In this document: positions 1 through 10,099 of the stretch, in pieces | Layout of the letters: every line of letters starts with the position of its first letter | How positions within the stretch are numbered: the stretch's first letter is position 1 | Assembly (NCBI GenBank): GCA_023150835.1 | Contig: JAKLKB010000021.1 | Coordinates: forward strand, 63-64,062 | From: Myxococcota bacterium | GTDB lineage: Bacteria > Myxococcota_C > UBA6777 | DNA length: 64,000 nt | Reading direction: 5' to 3' | Notes under the pieces: generated by a model | The model's database searches: none | What the model was told of the DNA's origin: nothing | The model's input: the letters and a program-made list of their open reading frames with translations, nothing else | Made by a program: the position numbers and the translations under genes

Positions 1-110
1 CACGGGGGGATTGAGGGGGGGAGAAAAAAAAGGCGATCAAGACCGACTCTACGAGGTTTCCACCTTAACAAGGCGCGTGTGGGGCAAAGCCCCACAAAAA
101 CCACGCAAAC
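1..110. repeat. Composite intergenic repeat. It is a homologue of the 46779-46867 element, followed by a TGGGGC-AAA-GCCCCA hairpin of the family-2 type.
   Basis: Bases 1-86 align by eye with 46779-46867 at roughly three quarters identity. Shared blocks are GGGGGGA(T/A)TGAGGGGGGG and CCTTAACAAGGCGCGT(G/A)TGGGG. The hairpin tggggcaaagcccca lies at about 80-94. Confidence 0.6.
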
Positions 111-139
111 GCGGACTTTTCGTGTTATAGAGGCGGAAG

Positions 140-1471
140 GTGGAGTGTTTCGTTGTTGGAGCTTTGAAGCGGCGCATCGGGCGCGGAAAGGTGGGTGTCG
201 TGGGGTGGTGTAGAGGTGTCGGTGAGTGGATGGCGGCTTCGGTTGGAGTGAGCGGAGCGGCGGTGGTGTTTTGGGTGGTGGTGTTTTGGGGAAGAGTTGG
301 GATGGCGGCGTGTCCGAAGTCAGCGTCGGGCTTGCAGTCGTATGAGGCGGGTGTTGCGCGTGGAGCGTGGCAGGCCGTTCGGTATCAAGAACCCTTTCCT
401 TACCTTCCGTTGTGGCCGGATTATCGAGGGCAAACGTTGGCGTGGCGGACGGCGATGAAGAAGGCGGGGGAGCGTTTGCAAAAACGGGGTGTACGACGGA
501 TTTATCTTGTGCATGGGACGTTTGTGGGGGCGGATGGTTTGGGTGTGGTTCGGTTGTTGGATTCGGTCTTTCCAAAGTTGTCGTGGTGGTTGCATCGGAT
601 GCAGCGGCGGATTAAGCGGATGCACGACAGCGTTGCGCAAGATCATGGAAATTTCACAGAAGGTTATGCGAGGCTGCTCGAAGAGGCGCTGGGTGGGAAG
701 CTTCCGACGAAGCGGTTTTTGTGGTCTTCGGAGAATCACCATCTGGCGCGTTTGTTGGCGGTGTGGCGATTTTTGTTGCAGATGGCGGAGGATCAGAGGG
801 GAGCGCCGTTGAAAAAGGGGGAGCGATTGTTGTTGGTTGGGCATAGCCACGCAGGGCAGGTTTTTGCGTTGTTGACGCATCTACGGAATGCTTCGCCAGA
901 GTCGGTGTTGTTGTGGAAGATCTTGTTGGAGTGGTGGGGGAAAGAGGCTGTGCGGGAGCGGGCGCGTTTGGAAAAAGCCTTGGAGGTATTGCGTGGTGGG
1001 TCGTTGGATCTGGTGACGTTGGGGACCCCTGTGCGGTATCGGTGGCGGTTGCGCTCGGATGACCGACTGTTGCATCTGATCAACCATCGCCCGACAGAAG
1101 ACGCACGAACCAAGGAAGCCCAAGCGCTCGGAGGGTATTGGTCGGGGCTTTGGCATACACGGGAGGGGGATTATGTCCAACAACTGGGGATCGCGGGAGC
1201 GGATCTGTTGGCGAATACTCCGATGTCTCTGCGGCTGAATCGCGAGATGTCCGAGGTTTTGGGTGCGGGGGCCGATCCTGTTTGTTTGCGTGAGCTGTTA
1301 AGGCATCGGACGCGACTGCATGAGCGAGGTCAGCATCTTTTGGTGGATTATGGCGATGCCAGCCCATCTTTGTTTTTTCCGAATGCTTTGCAGACGATCT
1401 TCGGACACGGTGTGTATACCGAATTCAAGACGATGCGTTTTTTGTTTGATCGGGTGATGCGGAGTTTGTAG
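140..1471 (+). CDS. Putative alpha/beta-hydrolase (lipase/esterase-like) protein
   Basis: Long ORF containing RIYLVHGTF, the nucleophile-elbow-like LLLVGHSHAGQV, and LVTLGTPVRY. This arrangement is typical of lipase-like alpha/beta hydrolases. The start is uncertain: GTG 140, or in-frame ATG 302 or ATG 455. Confidence 0.55.
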   Translation: MECFVVGALKRRIGRGKVGVVGWCRGVGEWMAASVGVSGAAVVFWVVVFWGRVGMAACPKSASGLQSYEAGVARGAWQAVRYQEPFPYLPLWPDYRGQTLAWRTAMKKAGERLQKRGVRRIYLVHGTFVGADGLGVVRLLDSVFPKLSWWLHRMQRRIKRMHDSVAQDHGNFTEGYARLLEEALGGKLPTKRFLWSSENHHLARLLAVWRFLLQMAEDQRGAPLKKGERLLLVGHSHAGQVFALLTHLRNASPESVLLWKILLEWWGKEAVRERARLEKALEVLRGGSLDLVTLGTPVRYRWRLRSDDRLLHLINHRPTEDARTKEAQALGGYWSGLWHTREGDYVQQLGIAGADLLANTPMSLRLNREMSEVLGAGADPVCLRELLRHRTRLHERGQHLLVDYGDASPSLFFPNALQTIFGHGVYTEFKTMRFLFDRVMRSL

Positions 1472-2180
1472 CCTTTGCGAGGGGTGTGGAGACTGAAGGA
1501 AAGCGTTGTTCGAGATCGTGCAAGAGTCGGTAGACATCGGGATAACGGCCTGAGTAGACGTGTTGGCCGCAGCCTGTGCGGTCAAGGGTTTCGCGCACAA
1601 AGCGGTCGGTGGCGAGGATATCGACGTAAGGTGTGGTGGTGGCGGCGATCAGCATATCGGCGAGGTCGGAGCTACGGGGATCGCGTTCATGGTTGAGCGA
1701 GCGGAAAGCCATGATCCGCGCAAGGATATCGAGAAAGGGCAGGCTTGCGTCTTCGGGAGGAAGATCGAGGCGTTCGCAAAGGGCGGAGCGTGCTTGGCGG
1801 ATGCGTTTGTTGAGGTGGCCTTCGAGGGGGTAATCTTGGATCCATGCGAGGGGCTGGAGATCGGCGGCGAGATCCCACGAGCCTTCGGTGGTGAGGAAGT
1901 CTCCTCGTTGGACGACGCGAGATATCTGCTGACGTTGCAAGATCTCCTGCCAAGGTCGAACCCAATACCCGCGCTGTAGTGCTGGGAAAAAGGATTGGAA
2001 CGGAGGGCAAAGATAGCCACCGCGCAGCTCAAGGATATGAAACGGGCTGACAGGGCAGATCAGCGTGTCGAGGGCCAACAAGCGTTCATAAAGCTGATCA
2101 AAGGGTTGGTGCCCGATTTGACCGAGAAGATGTTTGGCGATACGCGAGGCATAATTTTGGTCAAGATAAAGCAAAAACAT
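1425..2180 (-). CDS. Hypothetical protein
   Basis: The 314 aa ORF (1425..2369) has a low-complexity N-terminus. The likely start is the internal ATG at 2180 (MFLLYLDQNYASRIAK...). I recognised no family with confidence. There is a weak PIN-like flavour (LYLDQN at the N-terminus, ILATDRF near the C-terminus). The 3' end overlaps the convergent ORF 140..1471 by 47 nt. Confidence 0.4.
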   Translation of the reverse strand: MFLLYLDQNYASRIAKHLLGQIGHQPFDQLYERLLALDTLICPVSPFHILELRGGYLCPPFQSFFPALQRGYWVRPWQEILQRQQISRVVQRGDFLTTEGSWDLAADLQPLAWIQDYPLEGHLNKRIRQARSALCERLDLPPEDASLPFLDILARIMAFRSLNHERDPRSSDLADMLIAATTTPYVDILATDRFVRETLDRTGCGQHVYSGRYPDVYRLLHDLEQRFPSVSTPLAKATNSASPDQTKNASS

Positions 2181-2519
2181 CGGATGGCTCGAAAGATTCT
2201 GTGGAGGGGGCCAACTGCGTAACTTCGATCTTGTTAGGAAAGTGTCGCGAAGTGCGGAAGGTAGTGTGCTTTGTGTTGTGTGACAAGGGGCCGCCGTATC
2301 AGGGGGGATGGTTTGGGAAGGTGAAGCAAAAGCGTTGTGTGGCGAGTGTCGGTGAGTGAAGTGGGGCATGAAGCCGACTGTGCTTGTGGTATGCGGAGCG
2401 GTTAGGGTATAAGAGAGGCGCGAAAAAGATCGTCAGAAGGACCGCATGGCAGCGCAAAGAGCGCTGGGTCGGTCGTCTCGAAGTCGAGTCGTGTCAAGTG
2501 GACAGAGACGTGGGAGATC

Positions 2520-5500
2520 GTGATGGTGGAGCAGACGTCGGCGTGGTGGGTGTATCGTAGCGTGGAAGATGCGTATGCGCAGGTGATCGCGGAGATCATG
2601 TCGTGGCGTCGGGGAGGGGGGAAAGGGCCGCTGGTGGTGTGGTTGGCGGGAGAGCGGGCCGAAGAAGCTTTTCGTGAGCGGATGGGGTCTTTGGTGGGGG
2701 TGCGCTTGATGACGAGTCGCACGATGGCCGAGGCGATCGTGGAGAAGCATGGCGGAGGGATTCGGTGGATGGGTGGGGAAGCGCAGATCGCGCTGTTGTC
2801 GCAAGCGGCGGCATCTCTTCGGATGGAAGGGCTGTTGCCTGTTTTGGGCGAAGTCTCGAAGAGTCGGGGATTTTTGCAAGTGGTGGTGGGGTGGTTGGAA
2901 GAGATGTGCCTGCAAGAGATCCGCAGCGCGGAGTTTCGTGATGATGCGGAAAGCGCAGGGACGCCGCTGGAGCGGGATCTTGCGCATCTGTATCTTCGTT
3001 ATGAAGAGATGCAACGATCGCGGGGAGTGCGTGATGAAGTGCAGCTTTGGGGTGCTGCGCGGGATGCTTTGCATCAGAGAGGAGGCTGTGAGGGGTGGCA
3101 GATCTGGCGGGTTGAAACACAAGGGCGAAGTCCGCTTGAAAGTCGCTGGCTTGCGGCTTTGGTGGAGAGCGGGGCGTGCGTGCGTTTGTTTTTGCCGTGG
3201 GATCATCGCAGAACCGACGGTTCGGCGGTTTTGGATGGTTTTCGAGAGGGATACGGGGCGTTGGTGGGATCGGGGGTTTTGGCGCAAAAGCTTGAAAAAG
3301 CAGGGGTGGTTGCGTCACAATGCGCCGAAGATCGGTGGAAGATCGCCGATGTGATCTTGAGTGGGCCGATGTTAGGGAGAGAACAGTCTTTGGGGGAGGC
3401 GTCGCAGGAGGTGGCGTTGTTGGAGGCATCTTCGCGGGAGTCGGAGATGCGTTGGGTGATGCGGGATATCAAGCAGCGGTTGTTGGTCGGAGAAAAGGCG
3501 TCGGATATCGTGGTGGTTTCGGCTTTTTCGGAGACGTATCGCAAGAGTGCGGAGGCGATCGCCGCAGAATATGGCGTACCGCTGTCTCTTCCGTTGCATC
3601 TTGGTGAGCAGCCATTGATCTTGTTTTTGCAAAAGCTTTTGCGGATCGCGGGGGTCTATCCTTGGTTGGAGACGATGCAGGTCTTGCGTTCTCCGTACTT
3701 GTTTGGGGCGTGTGCGTTGTCGGTTGAAGAGGTTGAGTGTTTGGACCGATTGACACGAGAACGCCCAGTGATCGGGGGGCGTGCGCAATGGGAAGCCGCG
3801 CTACAAAAAGAACAGAGTGTTTTTGGGGAAGAGGAAGAGGACGAGATCTTCAAAGATCGCAAGTTGTTGGACAAGTTGACAAAGGAAGAAGTGGATACCC
3901 TGCGCGAGCGCTTGATGACGTTGTTCGCGTGGTTGACACCACCTGAAAAAGCGACGTGGCAAGGCTATCGCTTGTGGGTGGAGCGGGTATTTTTTGGGAT
4001 ATCGGCGGCGTCGACGTGGATGCGCGGTGGAGAGGCAGAGAGGATCGAGGAAAAGACCGATACGTTGGGGAGTTTGAGGCTTTGGCATCATCTTCGTGCC
4101 GAGCAGGGAAGCGGCCAAGAGATGCGTTGGGTGCGTCAGGGCAGCGGCCAAGAGATGCGGCTGTTGCAGGTGGCGCGCAGTCAGCTGTACGAGATGGAAG
4201 CGGTGGATGCGTTGTTGACGAACCGCTCTGCTCATGCAAGCGAGATCGAAGTCGAAGATGTGATCGATTGGGGAGTCTTTCGAGAGCGTTGGGAAGAGAT
4301 GCTTGGGAGTCGTCGTTTGGACGAAGGTTATCGCGTGGGGACGGTGCGTGTGGGGCCGTTGGAGTGGCTGCGAGAGCGTTCGTGGGAGCGTGTGTATGTG
4401 TTGGGGATGGTGGAGGGCGAGTTTCCGCGTGCTTTGCAGCCCGATGTCTTGTATGCACCGCAGGAGCGCGTGAATCATCGACTGCCTTTACGAAAACCGT
4501 TGCTGCGCTCGGAAAATGGGTCGTTGTGGTGGCAGTGCCTTCAGCAGGCACGTAAAGCGGTGCTGTTGTCGCGTCCTTGCTTCGATGAAAAGGGCGTCCC
4601 GTTGGAGCCTTCGCCTTATTGGGAGGATCTTGTGCGGTGCAGTCCTGCGGGGCTGGTGCGTCATCGTTCACAAGAACAAGTGGTGTTGTCGCCGTCGCAA
4701 GCCGCGAGTACAGGGGAGTTGTTGGTTTCGCTGGCGATGCAGGATGCCCAAGAAGTCCCTGCTGCGTTGGCTCCACGATGGCGCGCTGTGCAACAGGCGT
4801 ACGCGGTGATGGATGCGCGGCTAGGCGAGGAGCCACCCGGGATCTTTGAAGGGATCTTAAGAGCTCCTGATATCTTGGAAGATCTAGCATGTGCTTATAA
4901 CGAGTCGCACCGCTGGAGTGTTTCGCGGTTGAATCGTTTTGGGAAATGTCCGTATGGTTTTTTTGCCAATTACCTGTTGAGGCTGGAGCCTTATCCTGAT
5001 CCAGAAGAGGGGATGGATGTCAAACAATGGGGGATCTTGTTGCATTGGATCTTGGAAAAGATCTTTCAGTGGATGTCTGAGGAAAGCATCGTACCGAATC
5101 TTGAGACTGAGCCGAGGATCTTGGAAAAGTTGGGGGTTTTGTGTGATCAGGCTTTTTCTCTGGCGCAAGTGGGATTGCACTTTCGTCCGAGTTTCTTGTG
5201 GCGTTATGAGCAAGCGGAGATCCGTCGGATATTGGGGCGTTTGCTGCACCATGAATGTCAAGAAAACGCCAAGGAAGGGTATTTGCCGTTGTTTCAAGAA
5301 TTGAAGTTCGGGATGACGGGTGCGTCGCTGGGTGCTTTTTCGTACACAAGTCGGGAGGGGGTGTGTTTTCAACTGAACGGGATCATCGATCGGGTGGATC
5401 GCCATCCTGACGGGCATTTGCGGATCGTGGATTACAAGAGCGGCAGCACGGTGTTTTCGTTGGCGGATATCGCGCAAGGACGGTCACTTCAGGCTGCGTT

Positions 5501-5897
5501 GTATGCGTTGGTGGTGAATGCGTTGTTGGGACAGTGGGAGGGATATCGGTCGCAATTTTCGGAAGCGCCCGAGGTGATGCGGAGTTATTATTTGCACTTG
5601 CCGACGCGCAAAAAGAGCGGTCATCTGGATCGGATCGACAAGCGCCGAAGCAAGAAGACGGAAGCGGTGTTGGCGGTAGCAGGGGAGCGAGCGGCGAGCT
5701 TTGTGCAGAAGATCCGCAGCGGTCTATTTCCGAGCGCCCCGAGTGCTGCGAGCCAAGGAGAAGGGGCTTGTTCTGCGCATTGTGAGTTGGCGTCCTTGTG
5801 TCGGGTGACCAGACAAAGCGTGGCGAAAGCACAGAAGATGCGATTTTTTGCGATAGCGATGTCCGAAGCGGAGTTTGAGGTGAGTGATGGCGAATAA
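2520..5897 (+). CDS. addB: AddB-type helicase-nuclease subunit (PD-(D/E)XK nuclease with an Fe-S cluster; inactive helicase-like N-terminus)
   Basis: 1125 aa. The C-terminal RecB-family nuclease motif is GIIDRVDRHPDGHLRIVDYKSGS. The Cys pattern is typical of the AddB iron-sulfur staple (FGKCPYGFF ... GACSAHCELASLCR). No Walker A motif is present in the N-terminal half. The 3' end overlaps the addA-like gene by 14 nt. Confidence 0.8.
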   Translation: MMVEQTSAWWVYRSVEDAYAQVIAEIMSWRRGGGKGPLVVWLAGERAEEAFRERMGSLVGVRLMTSRTMAEAIVEKHGGGIRWMGGEAQIALLSQAAASLRMEGLLPVLGEVSKSRGFLQVVVGWLEEMCLQEIRSAEFRDDAESAGTPLERDLAHLYLRYEEMQRSRGVRDEVQLWGAARDALHQRGGCEGWQIWRVETQGRSPLESRWLAALVESGACVRLFLPWDHRRTDGSAVLDGFREGYGALVGSGVLAQKLEKAGVVASQCAEDRWKIADVILSGPMLGREQSLGEASQEVALLEASSRESEMRWVMRDIKQRLLVGEKASDIVVVSAFSETYRKSAEAIAAEYGVPLSLPLHLGEQPLILFLQKLLRIAGVYPWLETMQVLRSPYLFGACALSVEEVECLDRLTRERPVIGGRAQWEAALQKEQSVFGEEEEDEIFKDRKLLDKLTKEEVDTLRERLMTLFAWLTPPEKATWQGYRLWVERVFFGISAASTWMRGGEAERIEEKTDTLGSLRLWHHLRAEQGSGQEMRWVRQGSGQEMRLLQVARSQLYEMEAVDALLTNRSAHASEIEVEDVIDWGVFRERWEEMLGSRRLDEGYRVGTVRVGPLEWLRERSWERVYVLGMVEGEFPRALQPDVLYAPQERVNHRLPLRKPLLRSENGSLWWQCLQQARKAVLLSRPCFDEKGVPLEPSPYWEDLVRCSPAGLVRHRSQEQVVLSPSQAASTGELLVSLAMQDAQEVPAALAPRWRAVQQAYAVMDARLGEEPPGIFEGILRAPDILEDLACAYNESHRWSVSRLNRFGKCPYGFFANYLLRLEPYPDPEEGMDVKQWGILLHWILEKIFQWMSEESIVPNLETEPRILEKLGVLCDQAFSLAQVGLHFRPSFLWRYEQAEIRRILGRLLHHECQENAKEGYLPLFQELKFGMTGASLGAFSYTSREGVCFQLNGIIDRVDRHPDGHLRIVDYKSGSTVFSLADIAQGRSLQAALYALVVNALLGQWEGYRSQFSEAPEVMRSYYLHLPTRKKSGHLDRIDKRRSKKTEAVLAVAGERAASFVQKIRSGLFPSAPSAASQGEGACSAHCELASLCRVTRQSVAKAQKMRFFAIAMSEAEFEVSDGE

Positions 5898-8800
5898 TAC
5901 GGTGACAGCGCAACAAGCGAAGGCGATCCAGACACAAGGGCGGCCCTTGTTGGTCGAGGCGGGTGCAGGGACAGGCAAGACGTGGGTGTTGGTCGAACGA
6001 TTTGTGCATCTTTTGCAGACCCATTCGAGTTGGTCGTTGGAGAGCGTGGTTGCGATCACCTTTACCGAAAAAGCAGCGCGGGAGATGCGCGGTCGGATTC
6101 GTCGGCGGGTAGAGGCTTTGGCGGAGGCGGCGGAAGCGGACTCGCCTTGGCATCGGCATCGGCAAGCGTTGGATCGTTTGCAGGTGGGGACGATCCATGG
6201 TTTTTGTGCGCAGATCTTGCGGGAGAATGCGTTGGTTGCGGGTCTTGATCCGACGTTTGGGGTGTTGGATGAGCAAGAAGCACAGCTACTCCAAGCGGAG
6301 GCTGTACGCGAGACGCTGCGGCGTTTGACGTTTGAGGAGCGTTTGATCGGGGAGCTACTTTCGGAGCAGCGGATCAGCGATCTTCAGCGGGAGATGGGGG
6401 AGATCCTGCGTCAGCGTGCGACGGTGCGCCGACTGTTTGAAGAGATGCGCGGGCTAGATGATGCTGCGATCTTGGAGCGTTGGCGTGAGGGCGTGCGTGT
6501 GATGCAAGCGGTGCTTTGGCGAGATGAGTTGGTGGCGAACCCAACCTTGCAAGAGGCGCTCGACTTTTTCTTGGAGATCGATCAAGCAAGTCTCAAGGAC
6601 GACGACAAGATGACGCCTTGGGTGCGCTTGGCTTACCAAGCAGCCAAACAGGCGGATACAGGGTCTTCTGCGGAAGATCTGGTCGAGACGCTTTGTGGGA
6701 TCGGCGATCTGCGGGGAGGAGTGCAGAAAAACTGGACTTCCAAAGAACAGTTGGCGAAGATCAAGGAGCATTTGGGATTGTTGCGCGATCTGGCCAAAGG
6801 ACTGGCAGGACGGGGATTTTTAGATCGGGTGGGCGAGGTTGATCAAGCGGCGTTGTCGAGGCTGCGTTTGTGGTTGCGTGTGTGGGATGTGTTGGAGGCG
6901 ACCTACCAGCAGATGAAGCGCAACAAAGGGGCGTTGGACTTTGACGATCTAGAGATCGAGACCGAAGAACTGTTGCGCAAGGTTCCGCGACCTTCGCGAC
7001 TGCATTTCTTCTTGTCCGAGATCCGCCACCTGATGGTCGATGAATTTCAAGACACCAACCAAAGCCAGCAGCGGATCGTGTATGCCTTGGCGCAATCGGC
7101 CCAACCAAGCGAAGCACCGCCAGAGCAAGCGGCCAAGATGTCCTCGAAAGCGGACATTGCGGATGGATGGAAGGCGGATGCGGTGGACATTGCGGATGGA
7201 TGGAAGGCGGATGCGGTGGACATTGCGGATGGATGGAAGGCGGATGCGGTGGACATTGCGGATGGATGGAAGGCGGATGCGGTGGAAGAGGCCGCTTTGC
7301 GGACACCGTACACCTCTCAAGCGATACACACAGCGTTGCTAACGCCGCAAAGTCCGTTGTTTGTGGTGGGGGATGCCAAGCAGAGTATTTATCGTTTTCG
7401 TCAGGCCCAAGTGAGCGTCTTTCAACGAACGGCGTCAGATATCGCTTCGTTGACGGGGGCTTCGGCCTTGTCGCTGAGCCAGTCGTTTCGGACACACGGT
7501 CGTTTGGTTGCGGCGCTGAATGCGATGTTTGCGAAGATCTTTGCACCAATAGGCGAGGACTACGAGGACTTTGAGGCGCGACCGAGCGCGTTGCAAGCGG
7601 CGCGAGAGCTTCCTGACGAACACCCCGCAGCCAAGGCTCCTTTGGATATCTTTGTGGTACCGGAAAAAGTAGACGAGCAGCGGTTGTCGTCGGAAGAAGT
7701 GCGGATCTGGGAGGGCCGTTGGATCGCCAAACGCATACAGGGATTGGTGTCCGAAGGTTTCCAAGTGTGGGACAAGGATCAGCGTGGCTTGCGTGCGATC
7801 CGGCTGGGTGATATCGCGATCTTGTTTCGTGCGACAACGCACCTGTCGTTGTACGAAGAAGAGTTGAAGCGAGCGGGGCTTGCGTATCAGACGGTGAGCG
7901 GGCGGGGATATTATCAACGGCCCGAAGTGCAGGACATGATCGCGTTGTTGTCGTGTTTGGATCATCCTCACGACGATCTGGGCCTTGCAGCGGTGTTGCG
8001 CTCGCCGTTGTTCAATTTGAGCGATGAGACGCTGTATCGTTTGCGTTTGCGTCCTGCGATGGGTTCGACCGAAAAGGGCCAGCGTCGGTCTTTTTATGAT
8101 GCGTTGTTTGAACCACCCGAAACAGATCAAGCAGCGGAAGTGGCGATGGCTGCGGAGACATTGAAGGGCCTGTGGGGGATGTTGGGGCGAGTGCAGGTGT
8201 GGGAGATATTGCGTGAGGCGTTGGAGCGCACAGGGTATGAGGCGACGTTGGCGATGCGCGATAGGCGGATGGGCGGGGATGGTCGGCAGTTTGGGAACTT
8301 GCAGAAGCTGATGCAGATCGCAAGAGCCAAAGGTGGCGCGGATCTGGGGGCTTTTTTGCGGCGATTGCGGGATCTTCAAGAGATCGAAGCGCGTGAGGGC
8401 GAAGCGATCGGAGAGGTCGAACAAAGCGATGCGATCCAACTGATGTCGATCCATGCCGCGAAAGGCTTGGAGTTTCCTGTGGTGATCTTGGCGGATACAG
8501 GGCGACGTTTGGCGATCAACGATATAGGGCGTCAACTGCTCCACGATCCAGCCTTTGGTTTGGTCTGCAAGCTGCGCGATACACAGATGGAGTGGATCCG
8601 CCCGTCAAGTTACTTGTGGGGGGAGTGGTGTTCACGTCGGATGGAGGAGGCGGAGAGCAAGCGGTTGTTTTATGTGGCTTGTACGCGGGCTGCGGATCTG
8701 TTGATCGTCTCAGGAAAAGTGGGCGATCGCCATGCTTGGATGCGCCAAGTCTTGCAGATCTGGGATATCCCTGTGGAGCCTGAAAGATCAGTTGAGGCCG

Positions 8801-10074
8801 CAAAAGACAGCGTCAACGAGGCGTTGGTTCATGAAAAAGCCGGTGTATCCGCACCGAAAGAGATCCCCTCTGAGGTTGATATCCAGACCATCCCCATGCT
8901 TCCAAACGGGCCGCGTGCGATCATCTTGCCTGAGGACGAGGCGGCTTTTTCTGCGAGCCCGTACGGCCCAACCGCCGATATGCCTGCGCTTCGCGACTCT
9001 GCTTTTGCACGCGCCAACTTGGAGGCGTCTGCTGCGATGCGCACGACTGCGGATGCACCTGCTTTGATGGAGACCGCTTCGGAAACGACCAAAGATGGGG
9101 CGTTTCTGACGCTTTCCCATGCTTTTGAGCCTGTACCGCCCGCCAAGTCTTGGGAGGACGAGATCGCTTCGGCGGCGCGTGTGGAAAATGTTTTGCGCGA
9201 AGGGACGGGGATTCGTGTGTTTCGGCTGTTGCGTCCGTTCGAGGCTCCGCCTCTGCGTGCGATCGAAGAACGCGAAGGTGTGCGTGTGGCGGAATGGCCT
9301 GCGTTGAGCCAAGCCTTGCCCACGCGCTCACGGCTGCGCCCGCTGTTGTCTGTGCAGCTTGTGGATGCGTTGCGTTTTCTTGGGGAAGCAGCCGACGAGG
9401 CATCGCAACAGCGCCTTGCTTCGGAGTTTTTGTTGATGGGGGATGATCGAGCGGGCGTGTACCGCGAAGACCTTTCGCTGTTGTGGATGACGGAGATGTT
9501 GGATGCCTCGAAAGAAGCGCATCTTGCGTGGGTGAAGGTCTGGCGGTCGCGTCTGTTGCGCTCGTTGCTTGCGATCCCGCAGGCATGGGAGCGCACGCAG
9601 GGAGAGATCCGCACGCATCTGCAACGCTTGTTGCATCGAGAGGATGCGTTGTTTCATGTGGATCACATCGCGCTTGGCGAAGAGGTCGAGGTGCTTTGGT
9701 GGCGTGATGTGCAGCCCTTTTTGCAGAAGCAATGGGGTGGATCGCAAGATGTTTTCGTAAGAGAGCCCTTCTTTCTTTCCCTTGGAGGGGGCGAGGTGGC
9801 GTCGGGAACGCTGGACGTGCTTTGGCAAGAAGAAGAGGGCGTGTGGTCGTTGTGGTGTTGGTGTCTGCATCCCACACTCGGATCGTGGGAGTCTGCGTAT
9901 CTACGGGCGATTGCGCTTCAAGCGGAAGCTGTGGCGTTGGGCGTTGGGCAGCGTCCGCGTTGTGCGGTCGTGTGTTTGGAGGCCGATGGTTGGGCGATTC
10001 AAACCATCTCCGACGCTACTTTGACGGCCACATGGGATTCATGGAAAAAAGAGGCGGCTGCTGTTTCCAAATAG
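5884..10074 (+). CDS. addA: AddA/UvrD-family ATP-dependent helicase subunit
   Basis: 1396 aa. Motifs seen: Walker A AGAGTGKTWVL, motif Ia ITFTEKAAREM, motif II VDEFQDTN, motif III VGDAKQSIYRFRQA, and later motifs MSIHAAKGLEFPVV and YVACTRA. It is coupled to the upstream addB-like gene. Confidence 0.85.
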   Translation: MMANNTVTAQQAKAIQTQGRPLLVEAGAGTGKTWVLVERFVHLLQTHSSWSLESVVAITFTEKAAREMRGRIRRRVEALAEAAEADSPWHRHRQALDRLQVGTIHGFCAQILRENALVAGLDPTFGVLDEQEAQLLQAEAVRETLRRLTFEERLIGELLSEQRISDLQREMGEILRQRATVRRLFEEMRGLDDAAILERWREGVRVMQAVLWRDELVANPTLQEALDFFLEIDQASLKDDDKMTPWVRLAYQAAKQADTGSSAEDLVETLCGIGDLRGGVQKNWTSKEQLAKIKEHLGLLRDLAKGLAGRGFLDRVGEVDQAALSRLRLWLRVWDVLEATYQQMKRNKGALDFDDLEIETEELLRKVPRPSRLHFFLSEIRHLMVDEFQDTNQSQQRIVYALAQSAQPSEAPPEQAAKMSSKADIADGWKADAVDIADGWKADAVDIADGWKADAVDIADGWKADAVEEAALRTPYTSQAIHTALLTPQSPLFVVGDAKQSIYRFRQAQVSVFQRTASDIASLTGASALSLSQSFRTHGRLVAALNAMFAKIFAPIGEDYEDFEARPSALQAARELPDEHPAAKAPLDIFVVPEKVDEQRLSSEEVRIWEGRWIAKRIQGLVSEGFQVWDKDQRGLRAIRLGDIAILFRATTHLSLYEEELKRAGLAYQTVSGRGYYQRPEVQDMIALLSCLDHPHDDLGLAAVLRSPLFNLSDETLYRLRLRPAMGSTEKGQRRSFYDALFEPPETDQAAEVAMAAETLKGLWGMLGRVQVWEILREALERTGYEATLAMRDRRMGGDGRQFGNLQKLMQIARAKGGADLGAFLRRLRDLQEIEAREGEAIGEVEQSDAIQLMSIHAAKGLEFPVVILADTGRRLAINDIGRQLLHDPAFGLVCKLRDTQMEWIRPSSYLWGEWCSRRMEEAESKRLFYVACTRAADLLIVSGKVGDRHAWMRQVLQIWDIPVEPERSVEAAKDSVNEALVHEKAGVSAPKEIPSEVDIQTIPMLPNGPRAIILPEDEAAFSASPYGPTADMPALRDSAFARANLEASAAMRTTADAPALMETASETTKDGAFLTLSHAFEPVPPAKSWEDEIASAARVENVLREGTGIRVFRLLRPFEAPPLRAIEEREGVRVAEWPALSQALPTRSRLRPLLSVQLVDALRFLGEAADEASQQRLASEFLLMGDDRAGVYREDLSLLWMTEMLDASKEAHLAWVKVWRSRLLRSLLAIPQAWERTQGEIRTHLQRLLHREDALFHVDHIALGEEVEVLWWRDVQPFLQKQWGGSQDVFVREPFFLSLGGGEVASGTLDVLWQEEEGVWSLWCWCLHPTLGSWESAYLRAIALQAEAVALGVGQRPRCAVVCLEADGWAIQTISDATLTATWDSWKKEAAAVSK
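7153..7284 (+). repeat. Perfect 4 x 33 bp in-frame tandem repeat inside addA
   Basis: The unit gacattgcggatggatggaaggcggatgcggtg occurs head to tail at 7153, 7186, 7219 and 7252. It encodes (DIADGWKADAV)x4. Confidence 0.95.
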
Positions 10075-10099
10075 GACAGGAGCGGTTTATTGGGTTTGT

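Noticed and set aside
1425-1471. A 47 nt 3'-end overlap of the convergent ORFs 140..1471 and 1425..2180, considered as a functional antisense overlap
   Set aside because: Both C-termini are unconserved-looking tails. The overlap is more likely a consequence of chance stop-codon positions than a regulatory feature.
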